Below, one piece after another: positions 1 to 10,988 of a stretch of 64,000 nt of DNA. The notes below the pieces were generated by a model, which worked only from the letters and a program-made list of their open reading frames with translations, did no database searches and had not been told where the DNA came from. The stretch is from the sequence record NC_070882.1, one strand, 5' to 3'. Both the position numbers and the translations under genes were made by a program. Positions within the stretch are counted from its first letter, which is position 1. Each line of letters begins with the position of its first letter.

Positions 1-29
1 AATACACCCTATCAAAAGGAAATTGCAAA

Positions 30-734
30 ATGAACCAAGTCATCAACGCTGTAAAATCTATGTTCATTCCGTCCCATCGCGAAGTGTTCGGCAATGCAAT
101 TCGTGATGTAGAACATGATGTTGATTTCTTTGAAACAATAATGGATACCTGTAGTTATAATCCAACCGAGCTCCCTAAAGCCAAAGGAGAAAGTATGTCT
201 ATTGATGTCCTTACTGTTGATGATCTTCCTTTGCGGGGTGATCCGGAAGTAACTTACAAAGTGACCTCCACTTTGGATTTGTATCGCTGGGTTAATGGGG
301 AGTATGTAGTATATAACCCCTATCTCGATCCGGTGGTCCAAAGCTCCGGTGAAAAATCGGTGATCGTTGATCCAACTGCAACTCTACCGCACCTGACCGA
401 AGAACATCTCCGTAAAGGAGGTGATATCCGATTGGCTATGGTCTATAATGTCAGAGCCCTTCGTGAAGATCTTCGTCGCATGGAGCTCCTGAACATTTCC
501 ATGGAATCACTGTTGCCTCGCAACCTCCGTGTCAAAGACCTCGATGTTCCGGGTATGTTCCTCTCCACCAATCACACCATTCTGACTCGTCAACTGAAGT
601 CCATTATGCGTGGTAAAGGTAACTATGACAAATACGTCGTAGAGGGTCTTGCACGTATGGGTGTTGATGTTTGGTATGATGAAGCTAAACGTAAAGTTGG
701 CTTTAAAGATGGCACTTTTGTGGCGATGGTGTAA
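30..734 (+). CDS. Hypothetical protein (234 aa)
   Basis: Long ORF with AAGGA-like RBS upstream; no motif recognised. Confidence 0.75.
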   Translation: MNQVINAVKSMFIPSHREVFGNAIRDVEHDVDFFETIMDTCSYNPTELPKAKGESMSIDVLTVDDLPLRGDPEVTYKVTSTLDLYRWVNGEYVVYNPYLDPVVQSSGEKSVIVDPTATLPHLTEEHLRKGGDIRLAMVYNVRALREDLRRMELLNISMESLLPRNLRVKDLDVPGMFLSTNHTILTRQLKSIMRGKGNYDKYVVEGLARMGVDVWYDEAKRKVGFKDGTFVAMV

Positions 735-1007
735 ATGTCTGTCTTCGGTTATGTATTGACGTGGACTCAGGAATTTCACATGTGGTTCCTGATAGCTGTT
801 CTCGCTGCTTTCTTTGCTCTTTATCTAAATCATCGGTTTAGGTATCTCATCTACGTGCCATTTGAAAAGATTGGCAAACGTGATTTCATTAAGATGTCCC
901 TTACTTCAATTACAATGCTGTTGTGTATTGTCGTTGTATTTGGGGCTACTCTACGAATGATCGAGATGAAAGAGATCGATAGAGTATGGTCGATTGAACA
1001 GCGATGA
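735..1007 (+). CDS. Small membrane protein (90 aa, two hydrophobic helices)
   Basis: Abuts upstream stop (TAA-ATG); hydrophobic stretches WFLIAVLAAFFALYL and ITMLLCIVVVFGATL. Confidence 0.7.
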   Translation: MSVFGYVLTWTQEFHMWFLIAVLAAFFALYLNHRFRYLIYVPFEKIGKRDFIKMSLTSITMLLCIVVVFGATLRMIEMKEIDRVWSIEQR

Positions 1008-1014
1008 GTAACAA

Positions 1015-1063
1015 CATAAAGCCCTCTCCTTCGGGAGAGGGCGATATGCTTTATTTTTTTTTA
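1015..1063. terminator. Bidirectional terminator-like hairpin of the CATA..TATG family, followed by a T-tract
   Basis: CATA-AA-GCCCTCTCC-TTCG-GGAGAGGGC-GA-TATG then poly-T, between convergent genes. Confidence 0.8.
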
Positions 1064-1489
1064 TTTCTCGAAACTTAATTCAACTTGTGAAGTTGGAATG
1101 TAGGCTAGAGAACGAGTAGTGGGTTTTAAAATAACCGTATTACCAGTTAGAGGACCATCTAGGAATTCATCAGTATCGACGGGTACAGTCACTTTATCAC
1201 GGAGTACTTTAATAACATCATGGATAGTTGAATAATCAATTCTCTTCCCTGGAATAACAACCCCATTGAGAGCTTCTTCAATTCGATATCGATTAAAGAA
1301 TATTTGTTTCTGTCCTTTAAAATACTTGCTTGTCCCAACAGCCTGAATAGTAGCTCTTGAGTTATTACCGTTCTGCAACCATATTTCAATACCAGTCCAA
1401 ATAACATCCTCAGGACGAATAGCTGGATCCAACTTGTTCTGAATACTAAACTGTTGGAGTAGTTTAGATTTCATGTTTTTAACGTGCAT
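1061..1489 (-). CDS. Probable virion structural protein (142 aa)
   Basis: FFNRYRI motif resembles paralogs at 1499, 19852 and 37776; lies in a structural operon. Confidence 0.6.
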   Translation of the reverse strand: MHVKNMKSKLLQQFSIQNKLDPAIRPEDVIWTGIEIWLQNGNNSRATIQAVGTSKYFKGQKQIFFNRYRIEEALNGVVIPGKRIDYSTIHDVIKVLRDKVTVPVDTDEFLDGPLTGNTVILKPTTRSLAYIPTSQVELSFEK

Positions 1490-1498
1490 CTCTACTCC

Positions 1499-2377
1499 TT
1501 AGTTATAATGAATTCTAATTTCGCCAACGACATCCTGACATAAAGTTTTATGTAACTCGATAACAAGTACATTTTGTATATCAGTACGCCCACTAAATCG
1601 AGGTAGTACAATGCCATTATAAATGATCCTGTACTTTAGAACCCCTATTTCTTCAGTATAAGCGATGTTGTGAGAAGCTGGTGTCTTTGATGCTGTCCAA
1701 GGTTTATTCGTCACCTCGGCGAGAATAGCGGCCATCTTCTTAGGATCCGGATGGGTACCAGCCTTTGTTAGATGACGAAGATACTCTCTATGTTCACTAA
1801 AGTCATATCCAGTGATGTAATAAGTACCATTGATCAGTGAAAGATCATTAGCTTTAACATTGTCAGGTTTACCTACGTCAGGGAATTCAACTTTACTGAA
1901 AGTAGATAATTCCTTTCGTAGTGTATTAATCAAACGAACCCGAAGAAAACCTACAAAACGAAGAGACTTTTTATTCGCATGGAGAATGAATTCTTGGTTG
2001 AATACATTATACTCGGTATGTTCGAAATCATCTACATCAAAAACAATGTTATTTAACTCGGATAATTTTTCGACAACCTTTAAACTGGAATATGGAGTAT
2101 CCACATTCGATAAATCAAGCACTTGGGTTTGTCTAAAAAATGTCGTCAAATCTAATCGATCGTACGTATAAGTATCGAGTTCGACTTCCGGTAGTAAGTT
2201 ACCGGAAGCCTTACTGCGATTTACACTTATAACAATACGAGTCTTGGTACCACCCAGTGATTCGAACTGTTCAAGCTTAGTACTACCCGGAAACAATTGG
2301 GTAAAACAAGCATCGTTGATCATGTCGATTATAGATGTCCAAGGAGTAGACTGTAAATAGTCTCTCGTAATGTACAT
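1499..2377 (-). CDS. Probable virion structural protein (292 aa), phiKZ-like YxYxRLDL domain
   Basis: TYTYDRLDLTTFF motif; co-oriented and tightly packed with 2380..4548. Confidence 0.65.
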   Translation of the reverse strand: MYITRDYLQSTPWTSIIDMINDACFTQLFPGSTKLEQFESLGGTKTRIVISVNRSKASGNLLPEVELDTYTYDRLDLTTFFRQTQVLDLSNVDTPYSSLKVVEKLSELNNIVFDVDDFEHTEYNVFNQEFILHANKKSLRFVGFLRVRLINTLRKELSTFSKVEFPDVGKPDNVKANDLSLINGTYYITGYDFSEHREYLRHLTKAGTHPDPKKMAAILAEVTNKPWTASKTPASHNIAYTEEIGVLKYRIIYNGIVLPRFSGRTDIQNVLVIELHKTLCQDVVGEIRIHYN

Positions 2378-2379
2378 GA

Positions 2380-4548
2380 TTACTCCTTAAGTTTCGGCCA
2401 GTTAGGGTCAGTGGAATTCTGATATTGATCCAAGTCGCCAGTTGTATTCGGCGAATTATTAGTTTCGATAACAACATTACTTACGTTAACACCGTTTACT
2501 GGAATGTAATAATGGGCGTCAGCGTAACTAAGGTCTCTCACTTCTACAAATGGATTAATCCAGAACATATCCTGTTGACTATAAACGTAGTCGACGAATG
2601 GAGAAGTAGAATCATCAACAACACGATACGTATGCCCTGCCGACGTTCTATATGCTTTGACATTTTGAACAGCGACGTTGCAGATATAGTTACCAGCGGC
2701 ATCTACTGTAATATCCCCCACACGTGGCATTACCATACCAAGAATATGGAAATCGGTAAAGCTAACGTTACGAAGATATTGAAGAGGATAACTGGATAGA
2801 CGACCCATCAACCGTAGCAATTCACGCTGCACTTCACCTAGTGTAATAACACGAACCAAGTTGGAGCCAGTTGCAATATTGATGCAATCCATACACATCT
2901 GTTCTGCCTCAGTCTTATTTAGATTGAGGATATCGAAAGATGCTCTACGGAAATAATCTTCAAACTTGGTATTTGGTGGAGCCAGTTTACACATCCGATG
3001 CATGTAATGGAACTTTACAAGTTGCTCACAATAAGCACGACCAGCAGGATGCTCCTGGAAAGAATACATTTCCCATTGTAGGAGATATTCTTTGTGTAAA
3101 CGGACACAGTCCAGATAGAACTGCTCAGTGGAGATATAGTTACCCATTGGAGTAACCATGTCTTGCACAGCTGTAATTAGACGGTCAGGGATAATACGTT
3201 TATCAACAGCTGGTCGAAGTTCACCAAAGGTAGGTAACTTATCTCTTAGTACTTCATATGCTACAAGACTAGGGATGTTATCGGTTGGAATATCACGAGC
3301 CTTGGCATAGGTATACATCATCACAATGAAGGCATCTTTAACCGTCATGGTCATGAATTCGCCAGTCTTAGGATTAGGTATTTGAACATAAGCCCTATAT
3401 TTATCACTTGAGGCCAAATGTAACCATTCGTTCAGCAATACGCTCATTAATGAACGTACGGAACTATTAGACCGGTCAATCACCTCAGAGTCAAGAACTT
3501 TAGTTCTAAGCCAACTGTATTGATCGGAACTCATCTTATCGGTGATATCTTGCTCAGCATCGAAACGAACAAGAGGGTTCTCTCTTGCAAGGTCATCTTC
3601 CCTTTCAAGAACGTCTGCCACAGATGTCGTTTCTTGGCCTTCTTGTACGACAGGGAAGTTAACGTCGTGTTTTATCATATCGACGGTTGGTCGATGCTGC
3701 TCAGGCATTTTAGAACTGTTTTGTTCAATAGTAAAACTGATCAACGGAATGCCACGAGGTGTAAGAATATTCTTAACAAGACGTTGCCAAATTTCCTTCT
3801 TACCCGCATTGCGTTCTAGAAACGCAATGTTACGATATAACCATAAACGTTGCTCAAGAGAAAGATAGGGAATAAACTCATCCAACCCTTGGTGAGATGC
3901 GAGGTATTCCGTAACGTGATAACTATGCGCTTCGTTAGTCTTTGCATTCCGCAGACGAATAAGCATAATAGCAATAGGTAAACGGGTATATAAATGACCA
4001 AGGAAGTTTGCAAGGTATAGATCGTCAGTTAAATTAAACTGCGGGTTATACCAGCGAGTAATAAATACATTAACCCACGACTGAAGTTGATGGAAGAAAG
4101 AGTATTCATTATCTTCTACATACTTCGGATCAAAGTACAAAATATCCCCATCATTTGAATCTATTGCCGTTTGGATGTCAATTGGATATAAGATTCCAGT
4201 AATCAAACCTGCTTGTTCTGGGAACTGTCTTACAAGGCTATTGTATAAAACGCTACCCGGAATATACTCTCGCGCAGTAGCGCGGTGAAGCGCCAGATTT
4301 TCTTTTGTGAAATCGATGATTTCAAGAGTATCCGCGGAACGAACTGTCATCATGACATCTGTTTCATGATACTCACCAGCAAGGTTCTGATAATATTTCC
4401 AAGTCTCCGGTCTTGCTGGATCAGCTTCATGTCCGACCTCTTTTAGGCGTTCATTAATCTGATTAGCTATTTCAGAAAACTTGATTACTACAGATCTTGC
4501 AAGTCTCATGACATCGTCACGGTAAACTCCAAAATACATGCTACTCAT
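2380..4548 (-). CDS. Virion structural protein, baseplate-associated candidate (722 aa; phiKZ gp128-like)
   Basis: Long ORF divergent from the portal; synteny with phiKZ-like structural block (recalled). Confidence 0.6.
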   Translation of the reverse strand: MSSMYFGVYRDDVMRLARSVVIKFSEIANQINERLKEVGHEADPARPETWKYYQNLAGEYHETDVMMTVRSADTLEIIDFTKENLALHRATAREYIPGSVLYNSLVRQFPEQAGLITGILYPIDIQTAIDSNDGDILYFDPKYVEDNEYSFFHQLQSWVNVFITRWYNPQFNLTDDLYLANFLGHLYTRLPIAIMLIRLRNAKTNEAHSYHVTEYLASHQGLDEFIPYLSLEQRLWLYRNIAFLERNAGKKEIWQRLVKNILTPRGIPLISFTIEQNSSKMPEQHRPTVDMIKHDVNFPVVQEGQETTSVADVLEREDDLARENPLVRFDAEQDITDKMSSDQYSWLRTKVLDSEVIDRSNSSVRSLMSVLLNEWLHLASSDKYRAYVQIPNPKTGEFMTMTVKDAFIVMMYTYAKARDIPTDNIPSLVAYEVLRDKLPTFGELRPAVDKRIIPDRLITAVQDMVTPMGNYISTEQFYLDCVRLHKEYLLQWEMYSFQEHPAGRAYCEQLVKFHYMHRMCKLAPPNTKFEDYFRRASFDILNLNKTEAEQMCMDCINIATGSNLVRVITLGEVQRELLRLMGRLSSYPLQYLRNVSFTDFHILGMVMPRVGDITVDAAGNYICNVAVQNVKAYRTSAGHTYRVVDDSTSPFVDYVYSQQDMFWINPFVEVRDLSYADAHYYIPVNGVNVSNVVIETNNSPNTTGDLDQYQNSTDPNWPKLKE

Positions 4549-4583
4549 GGTAATTTACTCACTTGTTAAACGAGGAGCTTCAA

Positions 4584-7280
4584 ATGGCTCGACAAACGAA
4601 TGAGGTAGCGTACCCAAAGTTGCAGACGCTCCGTTTAGGATCGAAAGCAACTCCGACTAACGCCCTCCTCAACCTGTTGCGTAAGGACCCGAACGCAATT
4701 GGCAGCGAAGCAGCAAAGCCTCGTGTGAACGTAAACCGTTTCACATTAGATAAGGTTTCGCGTGATACTTCGCAAGAGATCGTTGACTCCGATTCTATTA
4801 TGCAATTGCTACCAGACCTAGAGCTGGTAGAAACGGTATATGTCGGTAGTATCATCGACCCTAAAGCACTTTCGGATACGGACCTCACATTCGCTATTGA
4901 TCCAGCTATCTTTGATAGCGAGATTGCAAAGCTTTTGCTTGAGCCAGTTGAAACGTACTTTAAACGAGACTATAAGATTGACGAGCGTCTGGACCTGATC
5001 CTTCGGGATTGCTTGTTCCGTAAGGGTGCTTCCATCTTAGCTGTTCTCCCTGAAAACGTTCTAGATAACCTTATTAATGGGCGTCGCCAGGTATCTATGG
5101 AAACTTTCTCCTCTATTAGAGATCGTGTCCAGAATACAACTAATGAAAACTTGGGTTTCCTTGGTCACCCAGATAAGAACAATATCTCTCTTGAGGGATA
5201 TCATGATAATGCTACAGCTAACCGTATTCGTGGAGATAAACTCCTCACTGTAACGGATAACTTTAACATTCTCAAAGTTCCATCGATGTCACAACGTGTA
5301 CGCGAAATGAATATTGCGCGTAAGCTTCGCGGTAACCAGATCTCGATGGAAAACGCTGTTCATAAATTCGGTAACGCTGAAATCGAACAGCTTTATCAGA
5401 ATAGACTAGGTGGCACTGAACATACTCAGGTAATCACAGCTCCTAAGTACATGAATCGGCCTTCGGTTGGACATCCATTGACTCTCCCTCTTCCAATGGA
5501 ATCCATTGTACCCGTATTCGTACAGGGGCGCCCACATGAACACATCGGCTATTTCTTGTTGGTCGACCAACATGGTTACCCGCTCTCCAAAGACTCAACC
5601 CGAGATTTTTATGGTGAGCTTCAATCAGGTTGGAAAGGTGGTAAGAATAACGACAACAGTTCTGAAGTTCTACGCCTTACTCGGGAAGCGATGGGTGCTA
5701 ATACTTCTAAACAAGATTTCGAAGTGGATGAAATCCAGCAAACATACAACGCGATTATTGTGAATGATCTTAACAACCGTCTTCGTAACGGCATGTATGA
5801 TCAGGAAATTGAGATCGGTCTAACTGAAGAAATTCAGAGGATCATGTTGTATCGTTCTTGGAAAGCTAAACATACTCAACTGGTATTCATCCCGGCAGAG
5901 CTTTTAGTTTATATTGCATTCGACTATAACGAAAATGGCATTGGTGAAACTCTTCTGTCTCGCTCGAAGATTATCGCAACCATGCGTTCTACTCTTCTTA
6001 TGGCAGAAGCTATTGGGGGTATGCGTAATGCTGTCGGTCGTAAGCGTGTAAGTATTACTCTTGATCCCGACGATACAGATCCGGAACAAACAATCAGTAA
6101 TATCCAATCGAATATCATGGAATCAGCGCACCGTAGTTTCCCTCTGGCTGCTCCTGACCCTACGCAAGCGATGGACCATCTGATTCGTTCTGGCTTTGAC
6201 TTTGAAATCAACACCAATGGTGCTGACTATGCAGAGACAAAGGTGCAATACGACGATTACAATACCAACGTTAATGCTGGGAATCCTGATCTACAAGATC
6301 GCCTTCGCCGTATGCACATCTCGGGTATGGGTGTACCACCTGAGAAAGTAGACCCGATGTCTTCTCCAGACTTCGCTACTTCTGTGGTACAGAATGACCT
6401 TGTAATGTCTCGACGTGTTAAAGAGAAACAGAAAGCGTTCTGTCAACACTTGTCTAAATTCATTCGTGTATTTGTAACGCACAGTTCTATCCTGCGTAAT
6501 CAAATGTACAAAATCATTCAAGACAACGTTGACATGTTGACATCGCCTGAACTTAAACAGTTGACAGTTGAAGAAGTAGTTGATGAGTTTATCACTGCCA
6601 TTGAGGTTTCTCTACCGGCACCCGATAATACTCAACATGAACGTCAAGCAGAATCGATGGATGCCTATGATCGACTTCTGACTATGGGCTTGGAAAACTA
6701 CATCACCAGCGAACTCTTCCCTGATGAGTTTACTTCCATACCTGGTCTGTCTGACCAGATAATGGTTCAGTTGAAAGCTGTATTTAAACGTCAGTTTATG
6801 GCAACACACAACATCCTTCCAGAACTTAATGTTCTTACAGAAATGGATGGTGATAAACCTGCATTCAGCTTGCTGGATTGGCTGAACGTACAACAGGAAA
6901 CTGTTGGCTCTGCTATCCTTAGCTATGCTAAGCATCAACAAGAAGCTAAGAAGCGTCTTGAGGCTAAGTATAAATCTACTATCGATGGAGCTGATGATGT
7001 AGGTGGTGGTGACAGTTGGAACAATGACAATAATGACGAGTCTGGAGATGACTCCTTCTCTGATTTAGATGGTTCTGATACGGACCTTGGTGTTGATGGT
7101 GGTACAGGTGATACTCCAGCTGGTGATAGTGATATCACTGACATGGATGAATCGTCCAGTGAAAATACCGATGAAACTAATCCCGAAGATGAGCCGCAAG
7201 TTGAGGGTCTTGAAGATCCAATATCGGCCGCTGAACAGGATGAACTGGAAGACGAAGAAGATACATCTGACTTCCGTTAA
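4584..7280 (+). CDS. Portal protein (phiKZ gp129-like), about 898 aa, with long acidic C-terminal tail
   Basis: GAGGAG RBS before ATG 4584; size, synteny, S-x-E protease motifs (VSME, ISLE, ISME) and D/E-rich C-terminus as in giant-phage portals. Confidence 0.7.
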   Translation: MARQTNEVAYPKLQTLRLGSKATPTNALLNLLRKDPNAIGSEAAKPRVNVNRFTLDKVSRDTSQEIVDSDSIMQLLPDLELVETVYVGSIIDPKALSDTDLTFAIDPAIFDSEIAKLLLEPVETYFKRDYKIDERLDLILRDCLFRKGASILAVLPENVLDNLINGRRQVSMETFSSIRDRVQNTTNENLGFLGHPDKNNISLEGYHDNATANRIRGDKLLTVTDNFNILKVPSMSQRVREMNIARKLRGNQISMENAVHKFGNAEIEQLYQNRLGGTEHTQVITAPKYMNRPSVGHPLTLPLPMESIVPVFVQGRPHEHIGYFLLVDQHGYPLSKDSTRDFYGELQSGWKGGKNNDNSSEVLRLTREAMGANTSKQDFEVDEIQQTYNAIIVNDLNNRLRNGMYDQEIEIGLTEEIQRIMLYRSWKAKHTQLVFIPAELLVYIAFDYNENGIGETLLSRSKIIATMRSTLLMAEAIGGMRNAVGRKRVSITLDPDDTDPEQTISNIQSNIMESAHRSFPLAAPDPTQAMDHLIRSGFDFEINTNGADYAETKVQYDDYNTNVNAGNPDLQDRLRRMHISGMGVPPEKVDPMSSPDFATSVVQNDLVMSRRVKEKQKAFCQHLSKFIRVFVTHSSILRNQMYKIIQDNVDMLTSPELKQLTVEEVVDEFITAIEVSLPAPDNTQHERQAESMDAYDRLLTMGLENYITSELFPDEFTSIPGLSDQIMVQLKAVFKRQFMATHNILPELNVLTEMDGDKPAFSLLDWLNVQQETVGSAILSYAKHQQEAKKRLEAKYKSTIDGADDVGGGDSWNNDNNDESGDDSFSDLDGSDTDLGVDGGTGDTPAGDSDITDMDESSSENTDETNPEDEPQVEGLEDPISAAEQDELEDEEDTSDFR

Positions 7281-7283
7281 CGA

Positions 7284-7314
7284 CATAAAGCCCGGCCTTG
7301 AGCCGGGCAATATG
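7284..7314. terminator. CATA..TATG hairpin element between convergent genes
   Basis: CATA-AA-GCCCGGC-CTTGA-GCCGGGC-AA-TATG. Confidence 0.75.
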
Positions 7315-7319
7315 TTGCC

Positions 7320-8606
7320 TTAACCTTCAACCCCTAAAATTCGATAATATGCTGTCTCGTCTCTAAACGGATGAGCTGGATAACGTCCACCATCAACGAT
7401 CTCTTGCTCAGGCCATGCTCGCGTATTAGCATCATAGGAATTCCTACGGTTTAATACAGCGCAGTAGACATACATATTTTCATGTTGAGGGATTATACCT
7501 TCATGGTGAGGTTCTTTGATTGTGTGATAATCTAGCATCCTACCATACGCACCAACGAGAGGCGATCTATCGTATTTGTTATCGAAGTAACGTCCAGGTA
7601 GATTGAGATATTCTACAGCTTCGTATTCCTGGAAGAATGATTGGGAATCAACGATTACAAAGAAACTCTGACTAAGAGTTAAATACTTTCGGATAACATC
7701 ATTGTTTTTGAGTTCATCTACATTGAATAGAGTCGGGTTCTCTTTATCGAATGTTAATCCGAGAGAAGAGAGATCCATTGCGTGGTATGACTCTAGATAA
7801 CGATCTAAAAACATCATGTTACCAAACTGAACTCTCCATGTTCTTTCGCCTACACGATTATAAACACTAGATAGAACGTTTAGATAACCGCCAGTAACAA
7901 GCAATACAGTTTTATTCTCGATGTCAACATTCTCAGGCATGGTTAGATAAGTACCATCCCACAAAGGAGCAGTGGGATTAAGTCCGCTAATCATACTGTC
8001 AACAATAGGAACAAAAGTAAGCTTACCAATAGTTTCGAAACTGTAAACACCAATCTGATTATCGTTACATTTACGTAACGTCGTATTTCCATCAATAATC
8101 CTTACACCAGCACTGGTATAGTCACATAAATGGAAATAACCATTAACAGAGATCATGGAATAATCTCTGATCTTTGAAGGCTGATGTTTTGGATGAGTCA
8201 TAAGGAGATCTTCCTTATGGAAATCACTCCCTTGATCTAAAGGATGGCCTCCACGAGCAACTGGGGTAAAGTTATAACCACAGTGCCATGCTTGAGCATA
8301 CTTTACCAAACGAATTTTTTCGTTAGGTAGTTCTGCATCAAAAGGTAGAGCTTTATTACCTAAAGAGGTTAGCCACTCTTGAACAGTAACTGTTGGACCA
8401 ACATCGTTTAGCCAATTAGTAACATTAACCCAGTGCAGTGCTCTTGTTACAGGCTCACCTTGGCCAGGATATTGGATGTAGAGATAGATATCCCCATACT
8501 TCGCAGCTAGTGTAGTTACTAGCTCATTTGTAAAGTCCGCTTCCTGCCACCGACCACCTCGGCGACTAGGGCGATACCTAGAACGTACAAGCACGTACAT
8601 TGTCAT
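7320..8606 (-). CDS. Virion structural protein (428 aa; phiKZ gp130-like)
   Basis: Long ORF between portal and fibre cluster; synteny. Confidence 0.6.
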   Translation of the reverse strand: MTMYVLVRSRYRPSRRGGRWQEADFTNELVTTLAAKYGDIYLYIQYPGQGEPVTRALHWVNVTNWLNDVGPTVTVQEWLTSLGNKALPFDAELPNEKIRLVKYAQAWHCGYNFTPVARGGHPLDQGSDFHKEDLLMTHPKHQPSKIRDYSMISVNGYFHLCDYTSAGVRIIDGNTTLRKCNDNQIGVYSFETIGKLTFVPIVDSMISGLNPTAPLWDGTYLTMPENVDIENKTVLLVTGGYLNVLSSVYNRVGERTWRVQFGNMMFLDRYLESYHAMDLSSLGLTFDKENPTLFNVDELKNNDVIRKYLTLSQSFFVIVDSQSFFQEYEAVEYLNLPGRYFDNKYDRSPLVGAYGRMLDYHTIKEPHHEGIIPQHENMYVYCAVLNRRNSYDANTRAWPEQEIVDGGRYPAHPFRDETAYYRILGVEG

Positions 8607-8634
8607 GTCTCCGTTAGAAAAGATCGGACAATCT

Positions 8635-8638
8635 TATG
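8635..8638 (+). promoter_or_regulatory. Candidate late promoter (TATG) for the tail-fibre operon
   Basis: TATG about 60 nt upstream of 8695 in a short divergent intergenic region; matches the phiKZ late consensus, but a 4-mer is weak evidence. Confidence 0.4.
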
Positions 8639-8694
8639 TGAATTTCACATCATTACGCTAACAACCGCGCGCTAGCGCTTTAAAGGAGGGCGCG

Positions 8695-10977
8695 ATGTCC
8701 ACCGTTAGTACAACCGGTCTATATGACGAGGATTTGCATGGCACTAACCCAGCTAACCTCATCACAGGGGAAATCCAAACCCTGCAAGTACCCGGCCCTA
8801 CCGATTATTATTTCATTATTCCGAAAGCGGCTCCTTTCTTTGTCGACTCTCTAAAAGTACGGAACAACCAGACCGGTGCTCTGTTTGTAGAAGGCGTCGA
8901 CTACATGATCGGTCACCGTTTCATCGAAGCAATGGATTCTATTGGTCGACCGATCGCTGGTTCTATCCGCTTCATGAAACGCTCTATCGCCGGTCAAGCA
9001 CGTCTTGACTATCGGACCATCGGTGGGCAGTGGGGCTTTAGCGACCAAGCTATTCTGGCGGAACTGTCTCGTCGACAGTATAACCCGCTGATTCGTGCAT
9101 GGGGTAATATTGATGTACTCCCTGCCTCGTTCCCACCTCTCGATCACGATCAACCGATCGATAGTCTTGTGGGTTCTGAAGAGATTAATGCTTCTCTTCA
9201 ACGTCTTGGTGATATCATGGAGGCTACTGCTTCCGGTACAACCGAGTCACACTTAAGAGATTTCAATAACCCGCACCGTGTTAACAAGGTGCAAATCCAG
9301 CTTGGTAATGTGCCCAACTTCTCTATGGCAACAGACCAACAGCACAAAGATGGTAATCGTAACGACCTGTTTACGAACCCTCGTGGTGTACTGTTGTCCA
9401 TCCAAGAAAACGCACTCAAGCCTCTTAATGCACACATTGCCGCCACGGGTAACGTTCATGGAATGGTACCACGTGACATTGGTTTAGGTAACGTTCCTAA
9501 CTATCCTGCTGCAACACCACAACAGGCTGTTGATCCGACGAACAATAGCACCTTGATGACTCCGTATACGGTGTCTTTGCTTATCCAAGCAGTTCAAGGT
9601 GACCCACGTCTGGATCAATTAATTATTGATTTCAATAAACACCTTACTGATACCAACCCGCACAATATCACCCCTGGTTTAATTGGTACATATACCAAAC
9701 AGGAAATTGATCAGAAGATTGCTGCTGGTGGAAGTGGTGGTGATGCGACTACCTTTGGTGGGGAAACTCCTGAGGAATGGGAAGCTAAGTTCCCGCTCAA
9801 CAGCGATATTAATGGCATCATGGCAGAAGTGACTGAGAAGATCGGAGAAGGTATTGCTTCTTCGGCAGATATCAGTTTCAATGACCCGACTCCTCCAGAC
9901 GAGCAAGATAAAGAACGTCTGAGTAAGATTCAAGGTGTTCTCGCCGGTGCAGCAGCATATGCGTTATTCAACGGTTCGGGTGATACAGTTTATCGTTCCG
10001 AGCCAGGTGGAGCAGATGCTTATCCAAAAACTCCAATCCGTGGTGCAGCTTGGTCTTGGTTAAGCCTACAGGATGCAGATTATCATCTAGTTCCAGCCAT
10101 ACGTGACTTCCAGTCCGGTACTTGGTCACAGGGCGATGGTATCCGTTCAGCCGGTTCTGCTAAACTAGCAATTCCTGCTGGTTGGGCTGCTGGTGCTGGC
10201 TTCAACCAGGCAAATGCGATGGTTGCTATGTGGGGCTCTAAAACTGCTCTATATGTTCAACTAAAACCAAGTGACGGTGCGGATGAAGGTAAGATCATGA
10301 AGATCGCCGGAGGTACAGTAACTCAACTGTACGCCGAGTCTGACAATGTAACCGAAATGTGGGTAGCAACCGAAGAAGCGGATTCTCGTCAAATGGCAAT
10401 TGTTGAAAAGTCCCCACCGTCCGGTGACCCGACTTATACAGCAATAGGTGCTAGTGATTGGGTTTCTGCTGCTACGCCTGTAATCGCTGCTCAATTGACT
10501 GGCGGCTGGGAAATCTCCGATATCCGGATTGGTTCCAAGTATCTAGTATTCCAAGGTGGTAATACCACTAATGGAAATGCTAGTCGAATCCGTGTGTATG
10601 AGATTACATATACGCCTACATTTAAATTGACTGAAGTCACTTCTACTCTCGATGTTTGGTCAGCGAAAGATAATCGTTTGGTCAAAGCAAACACCCTAAC
10701 CGATGTGAGTTCTATCTCTGGTAACTATGGACACCACGCCGTTCAGATTCGACGTGATCCATCTAGCCTTGAGAATATGGATACAGACATCGCTATGTTC
10801 GGTTCCAACGAGAATGGACAGTTAGAAATTCCTTACGGGTCAGCACCTTTCTATAGTGCGGCTGCTGGTAAAGGTTTCACTGTTACAGTAAACAATCTTG
10901 GTTATACCGAATTCTGGGGTGATTCTCCGACCAATGCTCTCATCTGGAATGATGGGACGACTATTGTCGCACCCTAA
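8695..10977 (+). CDS. Tail fibre / baseplate tip protein (760 aa; phiKZ gp131-like)
   Basis: GGAGG RBS; repeated HxxDxxNPH...GLGNV fibre repeats; beta-rich C-terminal domain. Confidence 0.75.
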   Translation: MSTVSTTGLYDEDLHGTNPANLITGEIQTLQVPGPTDYYFIIPKAAPFFVDSLKVRNNQTGALFVEGVDYMIGHRFIEAMDSIGRPIAGSIRFMKRSIAGQARLDYRTIGGQWGFSDQAILAELSRRQYNPLIRAWGNIDVLPASFPPLDHDQPIDSLVGSEEINASLQRLGDIMEATASGTTESHLRDFNNPHRVNKVQIQLGNVPNFSMATDQQHKDGNRNDLFTNPRGVLLSIQENALKPLNAHIAATGNVHGMVPRDIGLGNVPNYPAATPQQAVDPTNNSTLMTPYTVSLLIQAVQGDPRLDQLIIDFNKHLTDTNPHNITPGLIGTYTKQEIDQKIAAGGSGGDATTFGGETPEEWEAKFPLNSDINGIMAEVTEKIGEGIASSADISFNDPTPPDEQDKERLSKIQGVLAGAAAYALFNGSGDTVYRSEPGGADAYPKTPIRGAAWSWLSLQDADYHLVPAIRDFQSGTWSQGDGIRSAGSAKLAIPAGWAAGAGFNQANAMVAMWGSKTALYVQLKPSDGADEGKIMKIAGGTVTQLYAESDNVTEMWVATEEADSRQMAIVEKSPPSGDPTYTAIGASDWVSAATPVIAAQLTGGWEISDIRIGSKYLVFQGGNTTNGNASRIRVYEITYTPTFKLTEVTSTLDVWSAKDNRLVKANTLTDVSSISGNYGHHAVQIRRDPSSLENMDTDIAMFGSNENGQLEIPYGSAPFYSAAAGKGFTVTVNNLGYTEFWGDSPTNALIWNDGTTIVAP

Positions 10978-10988
10978 GGAGACTTAAG

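Noticed and set aside
1050-1063. Poly-T tracts (also about 53808 and 55477) as slippage or phase-variation sites
   Set aside because: All are intergenic and directly follow hairpins, consistent with terminator tails
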